The position numbers were made by a program, and so were the translations under genes. The notes under the pieces are model-generated. The model searched no databases and was not told the origin of the DNA. It saw only the letters and a list, made by a program, of their open reading frames with translations. 64,000 nucleotides of DNA from Bugula neritina (lineage: Eukaryota; Animalia; Bryozoa): positions 31,114,773-31,178,772 of the forward strand of contig OZ037766.1 of assembly GCA_964035545.1 (NCBI GenBank). The letters run 5' to 3'. Positions 24,601 through 36,200 of this stretch are shown in pieces (within the stretch, counting starts at the first letter, position 1; every line of letters starts with the position of its first letter).

Positions 24601-26772
24601 ATAACATTTTCAATCTGCCTGCATATACTAAGAACAGAAGGAGTACCAGTCCATCAATGGATTGACTGATCTATCAGCAATGAAGCTCCTTTGCAACAAT
24701 ACTATAAAATTTAAATAATAAAAATTAATATGATGTAAATTTTTTTTGACTAATCATAAAACTGCTATACTATATTGCTATATACTATTTACTATACTCA
24801 CTATTTAACGAAGAAAATTCAATCATAAAAATTATTTACCTGGTAGCATGGTTTCGATAATGAAAAAATGTTAAAAAAGTGATCGAAGAGTAAACCTAGC
24901 ATAGAATCCGATCAAAAACAAGCTGCACAAACATTTCAATAGAGTAGAAGTTAAAATCATACACAGTTTGATGCTATCAAAAATATTTAAACAGTACAAA
25001 TTTTATGTTACCTGGACTTTGAATCAGACTTTTTCAATAACATTTCAGCTGAATTTTTCAGAGATTCGTCTTTCAAAGAGTTTGTAGAGCTCAACAGTAC
25101 TGGTGTTTTTTCTGTACTTGGGGTTGCAGGTGAGACTAGCGCTTTAGAATTGGTAGAGTGGTAGAAATTTGAAGAGCTTGCATTTATATTAAAAGCACTT
25201 GATTTTGACACAACCGTGGTACAGCTGGGACCTTGAGATCTAGAAAAGGGTGTTTTCAATGGTTTTGATAACATAGCAGATTGGGAGGAATTGGGGATAA
25301 CTACTGCAGCACTTCCTGTTGAACGTGGTTTGAGAGTTCTATGAGAGGCAGCGTATAAAGTTGGCATAAGATTCTTCTGATATCTCGCTGCTATGGTTGT
25401 TTTGAGTGACTTTTTGCGGGACTTGTCTTTTGAGGTCTGCTTTGAATGTAAATAGTTTTTATAATTGTTGCGAGAAAAATTCTTGGGATAGTAAGTAGGG
25501 TCGTTCAAATAGCCTGCAACTGCTTTAGCTCTTGGATTAAAATCTACTACACTCTGCAATTTGAAAGAGCTTGTCGATAATGCAGATGACTCAGACTGAT
25601 GATCATGTCCAATGCTGTCATTGGTTGGTGTTTGTGCTGGTGGATTAGAATGGCATAGCCTAAGAAAATCACCAACCAAAATAGAATTTTTCTTAACACT
25701 GTTAGTTTTTAGGTTTGTTAAATAGGCCATTTGTTTGATTTCAGATGAAGAGGCGCTCTGATGAGGAGAGAGTAAAAAGAAATCAAGGGCATTTTCAAAT
25801 CTTCCTATACTAACTAAATGTAAAGCCTTTTCAAATCTAGAAGGAGTTAAAGTCTTTTCATTTTTGAGAGAAGGAGTGTCAACTGATTTGGTAGCGATAG
25901 GCTCATAAGAGTTTTCTCTCTCGGTATCAAAGACATTAGCCAGAAGATCACCAGTTTTCCAAGTGCGCTTGGTGTGCTTAGCATGGCTTGAACTATCAGA
26001 ACTAGCAGTCATGTAACTAGGACTAGCTTGAGATAAATCAACACTACTAGAATCATTTTTAAAAGCTAACGTTTGGCCAGATAAAGCAGCAGCATTCGAG
26101 GAATAACAGTTAAATTGATCCACAGGACTCTGACTCAACTCTTTTAAGGATGAGGAATTGGAAGCCTTCATAACTTCTTGAAGTTGCCAACAGTTAATTT
26201 TAGATATAGTTTGGTCTGGTCGCAAAGTTGACCCTGTTTGATTGCTGTCTGATATTATATTTGAGGTATTATTATGAGTATTTGTAATTTGAAGCTTGAC
26301 ATCACTGTTCATCATTTCAGTTTGACTAGGCCAGCAAGAAGATGGCAGGAGTAAGTCTATAATGCTCCGCTTGATTTGGCGCTTAATTGGGCGCACAGTA
26401 CATGTTGTTGGTGTCGTGGCTCTCTTTTCACCGAGCCCTGGAGGGCTGTAGAAATGACTGTTGACATTCCAGCAACCAGGAGACACCTCAGGTAGCAGAA
26501 CCTTAATTTCTTCTATTTCTAAGGTTTCAGCAGTTAGGACATGTACCCACTCAAGTCGGCTGTCGAATAGTACTAAAATCTTACTTGAATTGAGTGCTTC
26601 TGGAAATGTTTGACCATAGCCATCCTGGATGCAGACCTTAGTATCCTGTCAACATTATAAATTTTACCATAAATGTGTCTAGCATGAACAGCTAGACAGC
26701 AAAATGAAGATTCACAAGAAGCATTGTCAATTAGAAAAATACCTGGGAACTTTCAGTGACAATCCTCACCAT
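21614..26772 (-). CDS. Uncharacterised ~1298-aa Ser/Lys/Pro-rich, probably disordered nuclear protein; exons 26772-26743, 26645-25012, 24565-24513, 24085-21947, 21654-21614
   Basis: The two long ORFs (492 and 715 aa) join in frame through canonical GT-AG sites with matching phases. Total 3897 nt = 1299 codons including the stop. NLS-like PSKKKRKF and a PxVxL motif (PYVCL). No recognised domain. Confidence 0.75.
23590..23990 (-). repeat. Coding tandem repeat (V/A)PQSLNGIPV(GPSS/T), 10- and 14-aa unit variants
   Basis: CCATTGAGAGATTGTGG recurs. All unit-length differences preserve the reading frame. Confidence 0.85.
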
Positions 26773-29569
26773 ATTACAAGACTAGGAACATTGATGTGCA
26801 TAAAACATCTTAGTTCTGCAAAACAAACATATAAGCATGAGTCTACAAAACTCAAGTGTTAGTATCAGTATGGTCTAGGCTTTTATAACGCATCATCATG
26901 ATCAAATTCAAATTCACTAATTGATAACAATTCCACAAAACTGAAAGAGTGTGGATTTGTTTATAAGTACTACTAATACTAATTACTATAAGCATAACTA
27001 TAGGTAATCTTGAATTTATTACTAGTAGTAGTACTAGTATTCAATCTCTCACTCATTGTTATTAGTAATACTAGTAGTAATAGCAATACAAGTCTAATTA
27101 TAATAGAGTATTTTTTTTAGTTTCACACCAATTGTAATACTTAGTCTTATAGTCATACGAATACTATAATTATAAATAAATTAAGAACATTATCATTAGA
27201 TCTAGTACTACCCACTAGGCCTTACCTGAACAGGATAGAGTGGAGATAGGTGAAAATTAGGAAAGGTAACGATAGGATTACTATTTCTATTAGTAAAACT
27301 AATACAGATGTCTACTACTAGTATTATATTTAGTATTAGTAATACTATCAGTAATACTACTATCGCATTAGTATTACATTTACTAAGTAATAGACCATTT
27401 CTACTACTAATAGTGATGGAAAATTTCATTTCCAAGCAATCAGAAATCCCAAATCATTTCAGTACATACTTGCACAAAATTCATTATAAAACAAAATTGT
27501 TTAGGCATCCAACCTTAAAACAGTATGCAAATGAAAACTAACATATAAGAAGATATTTTAGTACTACATAAGTGAAGTGTGTCAGGAATTTTTTAACTTC
27601 ATGTCACTGTTAGCGTTGCAGTCTACTTAATCTTTAACTCAAAGTTAAAATTATACTCAATATCATACTCATAGTGATAGTGCATAGACTCATCATTATG
27701 ATTATCATACACTTAAAGTTAGAGTAATACTCAGTCTAGTGAGTATCATTCTAACTGATACTGATAGTGTCAATAGCTATTACTTATTACTATAACTATA
27801 AGTATATAAATATTAAAATTAGTTATCCTGATACTGATAGTAATACTTGTCTATGCTTTATAATATAACTGCTATGCTTATACTTATAGTTATACTAATA
27901 CTAATAGTAATAGTAATGCTAATACTTACTTACCGACAACTGAATAACGTAACACTAACTGCTAACTCAAACTATAATTCTTAGTCTTAGTGTTGTTTAT
28001 CTTGTAACTCAGTCGTATTGCGGCATTGCCCGCATTGGTAAAGCCACTGTAAAACTAAATGCAAGCATAGCCGTACTCCAATTCACTAAATTGAAGCTAC
28101 TTGGAGAGCTTTATAATTTACTTTTAGATTATAATCCTTATAAGTTATACTTAGATTTATAGCTTGTCACATTGGACTTGGTGTTGGTAGTCCAAATCTT
28201 TCAATATGTTATCTTTGGGTTGTTCTATATGCAGTCGGCTGGCTCGATATATAACTTATGACTAGCTAATTTTCGTAACATAAGTAATAATATTATTATC
28301 GAGTAAGCCAATCAAAGATGTCGCCTCATCAGCTAATCAAATTATGTAGAGCAACTAAGGGTCGAGTCAGACGACTGCAAATAGAGAATCCTTAATTACC
28401 TTTGTGATGATAGAAACGAAATCAACTGGCACCGCTACCTTTAATCTCTAAACATAATATTATTATATTAGTATGAAAGTATTCCTAATTTACTTAATCT
28501 TATATTAACGTATTCTTATTAGTATAACTATAAGTATAAGTTATGTGAAACAGAAAAGGAAATAATAATCATAATTTCAATGATATGATAATCACAATGA
28601 TGCTAAATTCAATCTGAATCTTATAGTTATACTTATACTTATAGAATACTAAAAGTAAATAATAAATATTATTATAATTATTTTTTTTACTAATAGTAAT
28701 AGTAATAGTTATCCTAAATTACTAATTATACTAAATAATTATACTTATTATACTAGTAGTATTAATTAATATATTTAGTAAACATACTATTACTAATTAT
28801 TACTATTACTATTAGTATTACTATTAGTAATAATGCTAATACAGTAATAGTAATACTAATAGTAATAGTAATAGTAATATTCTAGTAGTTTTGTGGGTAG
28901 AATGGAATTAAGTGGGGAGCATAACTCCAGTATAGAAGAAACAAGAAGAGGTGGTATTCTTGAATGTAGAAATATTTATTGTAGTATAGGTAGCGTATAA
29001 AAGTAGGTCTGTATCCTGCGAGCTCCAGTGGTGGACTGATTCTACTCTGTGAGCTCGCCTCCTTGTATACCCTAGAATTTACATTCTAGAATATTCCAAC
29101 AGACAAAGAAAACTTAAGCTTTACAAAAACAAAAGAAAAGTAGACAAAGAAGAATGAATAATTGAATAAGTCAAGAGCTTAGCGATAATAACAACCTTTG
29201 AAGGCATTCATAAAAGCTACACAAAGAGTTTAATTATAATAATAACGGAAATAGTTAATTCATTCTAGAACTTTCCAGAACATGGGGATGACAACTCTCA
29301 AAATCTATTACATTCTCCCCCATTGAAAAGCATCTCCTTTTCGATAACAAAAAACAATCGGTTCCACAAAAAAACATCTTACAACATAAAAGACTCAAGA
29401 GAGAAGAAAATATGAGGCTACACCGATCAGTACACCATGACTAGTTGACTCAGCACACACAATATATACAGTCCGGGTGGCTAATGCCAGCGGCTCCTAG
29501 CTGTCCGTTTCAGTCATTGGATTCGGTGCACCAGGCTTTCTATCCTTTCTATGCATCTGTCAAGGCTTT

Positions 29570-30780
29570 GTTCTGTGTATCCGGACTGAGGGGCACTTGC
29601 CAGTACCTGCTAAACAGATCCAAAGTACTGAAATACTTGCTTCCTGCAAGGGCATCCAGAGACTCATTTATCCGAGGGAGAGGGTAAGCGTCTTAGATGG
29701 TAGCGCTGTTGAGCTTGCGGTAGTCCACGCAGAACCTCCAACTACCATCCTTTTTCTTGACCAGGACTACTGGAGAGCTCCAAGCACCATGAGCAGGCTC
29801 AATCAGGTCCTGGTCGAAAAAATCCTGCACATGCTGGCTTACTTCCTTCTCCTTCTCTCGGCCTAGACGTCGGGTTGGCTGCCTGATAGTTGCGGTGCCG
29901 GCTGCCATGGGTATCTCGTGAGAGATAACCTTAATCAGCCCCATGACCCTGTCTCCGCAACTGAAGACATTACTGTAATCCATGAGTAGTTGAGCCAGTA
30001 CTTGGCGTTAAGTACGACTCTTACAGTTGTCACACGCTCCATCATACAGGTCAGCCAAGTGCTCCGGGACTGCTCCTCGATTGGCACGAGAAGGGGTTCC
30101 CTGAGTGCCGGCCGCCGTTTCCAGCGCTGGACCCACATCCGCTTCCTGGATGAAGTGGTACTTCCCCACCAGCGCGCCAGCCGATTGCCGGACAGGTTCC
30201 ATGAAGGGGTTAATACACTGCACAAGGGGTTCTCTCAGACAGTCTAGCCGATTCAAGCTGTTTGCCAGTCGGATTTCTCTGTGCGTTCCCTCCACCACTC
30301 CCAGACCGGCGATCTGCTTACACTTGACTCTGCATCGGAGAGTTGTCTGGGATCTCCCTGGAATCGTGCAGTCCCCCACTACCTGGAATCCGCCCACCAA
30401 AGGCCTGCCAAACTTGTCAACACATACAAGTTTTCTTCCAGCCATCACCACTGCCGACTTCTGGAAATCTATGTGACACTGGTGTTTCTCCAGAAATAGC
30501 ATCCCCAAGATGGCATCCTTCTTCAGCTGGCTGACTATGAACGTCTCGTGAATCACCTGATCACGGACGCGTTCAGGTAGTGTAATGATGCCGTGAAAAG
30601 GAATACATGATTCGTTCGCCAACGTACCATGTGCACCTTCATACGGCTCGAGGATCGCCCTCTCTCGAGTGCCAAGAATGTCAAAGAGACGCCGACTCAG
30701 CAAGTTGGTAGTGCACCCAGTGTCCAGTAGGAATGTGGCAGCTTTAACCAAAATTTTTGCGAGCAGGAAATAGCTGCTTC
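29570..30780 (-). pseudogene. Retrotransposon pol remnant: aspartic protease and N-terminal part of reverse transcriptase
   Basis: Protease FLLDTGCTTNLL. RT: [32 protein letters not shown], then after a stop DAYPLPRINESLDALAGSKYFSTLDLFSRYWQVPL. No YxDD, RNase H or integrase seen. Confidence 0.92.
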
Positions 30781-31269
30781 TCTACGGCTGGGTGTTCCTG
30801 GAGTGGTTAGTCTCTGGGGGAGACACTACTTGGGTTCGCACAGCGGGCTTCCTCTTCGTCTTGAAAACACCGGGAATTTTCTGAGGTTGAGAAGGTAGCT
30901 TGGGAAACTCTTGTGAGTAAGCTGAATCCTCCTGAACAACCTCCTCAAGCAACCCCGTGAACCGGTTACGGAGTGGCCAGGTTGGGGGGTCGGGTAGACC
31001 TTGCGGTCTCCGCGACCTCCGAGGTGCCAGCCATCCTGTGTCCTGAGACTCCATCTGGGTACCAAGAGGTCAGGCAGGAGGTTTGGATGGGTCTCTCGAC
31101 CTCCGACTCCGATGTACCTGTTACTCAGTATCACCAGGCTCTATAGATGTTCTCCTGGGCATTCTCTGGGCCTTCCCCTCGATGCGGCTGGCTTGGGGCC
31201 CACAGTCGGCAGAAGTTACCATGAGCCTCAGTTGTTTAAAGACACTTGTCCGCCTTTGGGCAGTGTCTC

Positions 31270-32130
31270 CTCACATGGCCTGACGCACTACAGCCCCAGA
31301 AGGTGAGGTGTGGAGGGCGGACAGAGTCGTCTCGAGATCAGGGGGCCGCCTGTTGGCCTGGCCGAGTTGTAGCTCGGTCACCGCAGCCTGCAAGCCTTTC
31401 ACCATGTCCATCAACATGGTGAGCTGCGTAGGCTCTGGTAACTTCGTGGTAGCTGCCGCTTCCTGAGGAGCAGGGGCGGGGTGGTCTCTTCCTCCTTATC
31501 TATCACTTGTTTGACGGTGAAGTCTGGCCCCTGGGGCCCATCGACCTGGTAGTAGGCCTTGCCCATCTCCAATGCCTCCTCGATAGTGCTGACCTTCGCT
31601 GTTAACCAGTATCGCTGCAGCCTTGGGTTGTCAATGGTTTGGAAGAACGCATTGTACACCAGGCTTCTCCTTTCGTCTTCTTCTGCTTGACCGAATTCAG
31701 TTTGGGCTGACCTTTCAATAGTGCTGGCATGGTCCTGCAAGGACGTCCCCCGGTCCCTCCGTAGTCCTTGGAGCTTGTCTCTTGCATCCTGGGCTGTCAT
31801 ACCGAATCGAGTTCAGAGAGCCCTAACGACATGTGCTTCATCGGGTTCAAGAGCAAAGCTCCTGGCCCTCCCTGTCAAACGGGCCCCAAGTTGGAGGACG
31901 CGCATCAGTGCTGGCCATTCAGCGATGGTGGCCACATCCCCAAACTCGCGGATGAACTGCTCCACATCGCTGTCCCCTCCAAAAATTGGAGGCTTGAGGC
32001 AGTACCTGTCATCAGGTGGTGCCTGCCCAGCCCCGTTGATCTCTTGAAGGGCTGTCAATAGGTTCTCCAATGTGAGGGCTGGTCCTGCTAGCTCCTCGGG
32101 GGCTGGTCCTCTCTCTCCCTTCAGCCATCT
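31270..32130 (-). pseudogene. Retrotransposon gag remnant (stops and frameshifts)
   Basis: YCLKPPIFGGDSDVEQFIREFGDVATIAEW...LTGRARSF; ARDKLQGLRRDRGTSLQDHASTIE; a zinc-knuckle-like WGCSASGHVRRHC at ~31260-31300. Confidence 0.85.
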
Positions 32131-32172
32131 TGTTTTCCTATTCCTCTATGTGAGGCCACTTAACTATTCTGT

Positions 32173-32190
32173 ATCCCCCTGCTGCCACCA
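32173..32190 (-). promoter_or_regulatory. Primer-binding site, probably tRNA-Leu
   Basis: Minus strand TGGTGGCAGCAGGGGGAT sits 1 nt from the LTR end. It matches 16/18 to the complement of the tRNA-Leu(AAG/TAG) 3' end ATCCCACCGCTGCCACCA, recalled from vertebrate tRNAs. Confidence 0.75.
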
Positions 32191-32373
32191 ATGTAGTAGT
32201 TTTGTGGGCAGAATGAAATTAAGTGGGTAGCATAACTCCAGTATAGAAGAAACAAGATGAAATAGTAGTCTTGAATGTAGAAATATTTTTTGTAGTATTG
32301 GTAGCGTATAAAAGTAGGTCTGTATCCTGCGAGCTCCAGTGGTAGACTGATTCTACTCTGTGAGCTCGCCTCC

Positions 32374-32571
32374 TTATATACCCTAGAATTCACATTCTAG
32401 AATATTCCAACAAAAAAATTTAAGCTTTACAGAAACAAAAAAAATGAATAATTGAATAAGTCAAAAGCTTAGCTATAATAACAACCTTTTAAGGCATTCA
32501 TAAAAGCTACACAAAGAGTTTAATTATAATAATAACGGAAATAATTAATTCATTCTAGAACTTTCCAGGAC
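32374..32571 (-). promoter_or_regulatory. 5' LTR promoter: TATA box plus two heat-shock elements
   Basis: TATATAA on the minus strand at 32380-32374. aTTCt-aGAAt-aTTCc at 32394-32408 and aTTCt-aGAAc-tTTCc-aGGAc at 32552-32571. Confidence 0.65.
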
Positions 32572-33289
32572 ATAGAGATGACAACTCTCAGAATCCATTA
32601 CAATATTGTAATGAATACTTATAATTATATAGCCTAGATTTAAATATCAAGATCATCATCATAATAATAATTTACTATTTAATAATTTATCATCATGATC
32701 ATTTCATGTCCATTGTGTAGCACAGTCATAATGATAATGAAAACCACTAATAAGTGAAAATTAAACTCAAAGTAATAAAGGTTGAATTTCTAACAATTCA
32801 GTAGCAATAATTGAAAATTGCTACAATCAGAGTCAAGTTGGTGGTCACTGAGTGCATTAGCTTTTTTTTAATAACCAAGTTGTGTGAAATTTAAAATAAT
32901 TTGATATAAATATAACAATACTAAAAAATGCTGTTGGGTTCACTTTACATTTAGAAAATATACCTTTTTTGTTCTTTTCCTGTCTAACTTGCCTTAAAAC
33001 TAAAACAATGGCACTCAGTTATTGCTTGAAAAAAAAGACAGACAGCCCAAACAATTTTTTGTTGCGTAAAAGTAGTGGAGCAATTTTCTTCCCTATTTCA
33101 CTAAGCTACAGGTCCAGAAAGCCACGAAATGGAATCCAAGCCCTTCTTCTGACATATGGAGTTTCCTAATAAAAGGATCGCAAGATACAGAAGGAGCACT
33201 GTTGATTTATTTTAGAAAATTCGCTGTACCAATTCTATGTTATGAACTCAGTGAATTTTTTTAGATCTGTCAGTCATGGGCTAGAGAAA

Positions 33290-36200
33290 ATGAATCGCTA
33301 TGTAATAGTTGGGGCTGCTGGTCTTGGCCTCACTCTGCTGTGGTCTGTGTTCTCATGGTAAGATTTATTACTGCTATTTGTTCATGTTGGGTTCGTCAAG
33401 CATTTCCTCTTATTAGCTCTTTACTTTTTTATATTATGATGCTTCTTCTTGTAAAATCAATACTCAAATATTTATATTATAAAGTTCCAGTCATAAACAC
33501 ATACGCCAGCACCCATGTTTGTTAAAATGTGTTGTTCATGTCCTAAGACTAGAAAATTATTTAAAAATGATCACTCAATAGTAATCAATATGAGGTTATT
33601 TCGATAAACAGGTAGATTGTCCTCATTAACTTACTATTTTTCCTTGCAATATGTTTTGTTGAATTAGCACTGCAGTAGGTATTTTTCATGTTTTAGAATT
33701 TAGGCATTTCATACTTCTATTTCATTTCGTATAATTTATTTCAAGAGTTTGGTATTCCATGTTGCTCTTCATCTGACATACTTTCAGGTATGATATCTTG
33801 TGGTGGGTTTGCCTAATATTAGCTTCCATATGGAGCATTCTATTGGCTACGTACTCTCAGTTCTCTAACGCCACTAGAGTCTATCCCTCTGTTGAATCTT
33901 GGAGGAAACGATTCTATCCAACTCCAGAAATTCAAGTAATATTTTTATTGCCTCTCATTACATATTTCAGGTTTCACTTATTGTTTTGACCGAACTATGC
34001 ATTTTCATTCCATGGGTTATTTGCCATTTGATTTTTCCACAAAATTTCAATAGTTTTGTTAGGTTTGTAAAAAAATGTTTCACAACTGTAACTGCCCTCC
34101 TAGACTGACATGAAGGTTCCATACGGGTGTGTTTTTAGTGTAGAGCCCTCAGGCGACAAGGTTCTATTCACATTTACTCTCATATCATATTAGCTATTTT
34201 TACAAAGCGCATGGTGTAAAATATTTCTTACTGATACTACTAACTCTCTCCTAGAAAGGGTGAAAGAGTTTCACTGTAACTGCCCTCCTAGACTGACATA
34301 AAGGTATGAATGGTGTGAATGACTTTGGTGAAAAGTAAACTACACTAGAAAATACACCCGTATGAAACCTTCATGTCAGTCTAGGAGGGCAGTTACAGCA
34401 ACTGTTTCAAAATCTACTTGCTCAGAGAGTTGAGTTTTAGTTGTTGTAATCTATATTCAGACTCCCAAGTCATCTGCAGAGACTTCCCCTCAAGTTCCAT
34501 TCGGACTGAAGCCTATTGTGTCTGAGTTATCAGAACTCATCATTAGAGATTTTGTAGAGAGTTGGTATTGTCAGTTGGTCAAATATAAACCAGACCTCTT
34601 TCTGGATAAAGTCAGGTGAGATAACCGGAAACGACAAAAAATATTTCAAACAAGCTATTTCTTTAAAAAAATCTTACGATTGTTAAAGTTTGCAATGAAA
34701 ATTTAGCAACTTTATTTCTGTTCAACTGGCCATTTCACAATCTGTATTATTTGGTTATGAACAGGGAAGATATTAGCCACGTATCTGGAGCTATCTGCCA
34801 ACTCCTATCCTCTGTCAACTATTTACAATTCATCACAGACGACCTCCTTCATACTCTGAGTGAACATTTACACCAGGTGCAGTTGGCCTCGTAAGTATTT
34901 CTCTATTCTATCCCTCAAGACAAAGCATCATGAGCAGTCTTACAGAATGTTATACTAGATGCTATATTAGTTGTGTGCGAAATTATTTTTGTTTCGAACA
35001 CTCAGCATGGTTAGTTAGCGCAAAATGAGTTTGGCTTTTATTATGCTTGCATATACAAGTTATATCATTGGACGATGTGTAGTTACGTGTTATATCATTG
35101 GACATATGTACCAGGTTTGACCTTGGTGAACAGACTCAACCACTTATTCTACACGAGTGTGCCAAGTTTCCTGAACAGGAAGTTAAACATCTGGCTGTTC
35201 TTTCTAAGCTGCTCTGTGATAGGCTGCTCCCCGCCAATTACGACGGCCTTTCCCGCCAACTTGCTGCTGATATTCTCACCAAACAAGGTATAAAGTTCTG
35301 TCGAATTAAAATATCAGTGACTATTTTGGGCTTTTTTTATTTCTAGGCTGTATGTTGCAGAAGGTAGCATTGTTTATTATTTCCTGAATTTAATATGGAT
35401 GCCCTCCTCCCCCCCCCCCCTCTCTTGGGGGTAAAGTCTGATAAATTAACGATTAGTATTATAACAAGAGAAGAGCCTATAATAATATTTACTTGTTTCT
35501 TGAGCACATAACTCCTAATAATTCTCCCATTGGCTGTTATTTCAGTAGTTAGTAGTAAAACCTGAAGTACTCTTATAGCCAGAGAGCCACACTCTAGCCT
35601 CTACTACTTACCTTGTAGTTTTACTGCCAACTGTTGACAGTCTCACCAATGCAGATAATATCAACCAATCACTGCTGTCATATCTCACCTATCAGGAAGA
35701 TCTTGCCTCCAGCTACAAGAGAACCTTCAAATATGCCGCTTCGTACGAAGAGTTTGTCCAGCTGGTTCTGAAATGCACTGATATCGAGGAACTGAAACAA
35801 ATTCGGTAAATATTCTCATCCTGCTGCGGATAATCCTCCTTCAGTCGATTTTCCAGTCTACTCCCTTACCATTCCTCTGATATACCCTCTTACCATTCTT
35901 CTAATGTACCCCCTTATTTCTCTAAAGGTACCCTTATCATTTTTATTATAGATTTAATTTCTGGCTTTTTTACTCAGAAGTTGTGTATGCATGCATTCAC
36001 CATCAACACGAAGATGTAATGTTTATAGGTACAATATCATCACTGAAATCATGCATTCAACAACGTTGCAAGGACTGAAGAGTAAGGGAGATGATTCCGA
36101 ACCTACTCAGTGTATGTATATCTACAGTTGCTGATAGGGGATACAGTGAGGTCAGGAGTCGCTCACTTAGTTTATATTTGTAACCTCTGACCCATAGTTA

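Larger units (their letters stand above)
28881..32602 (-). mobile_element. Gypsy/Ty3-type LTR retrotransposon, internally deleted and degenerate
   Basis: 5' LTR 32192-32602 (TG...CA). 3' LTR 28881-29312 (plus-strand TG changed to TC). 4-bp TSD ATAT at 28877-28880 and 32603-32606. PBS at 32173-32190, PPT GGGGGAGAA at 29313-29321. Frameshifted gag, protease and RT N-terminus. Confidence 0.96.

Noticed and set aside
29445-32061. Several plus-strand ORFs inside the retrotransposon
   Set aside because: Antisense ORFs expected from GC-richer gag/pol sequence, with no recognisable motifs.
28881-32602. G/A asymmetry between the two LTRs as a sign of deaminase editing
   Set aside because: About 10 of ~24 substitutions are G(left)/A(right), but contexts are mixed and opposite transitions also occur. 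The counts are too small.
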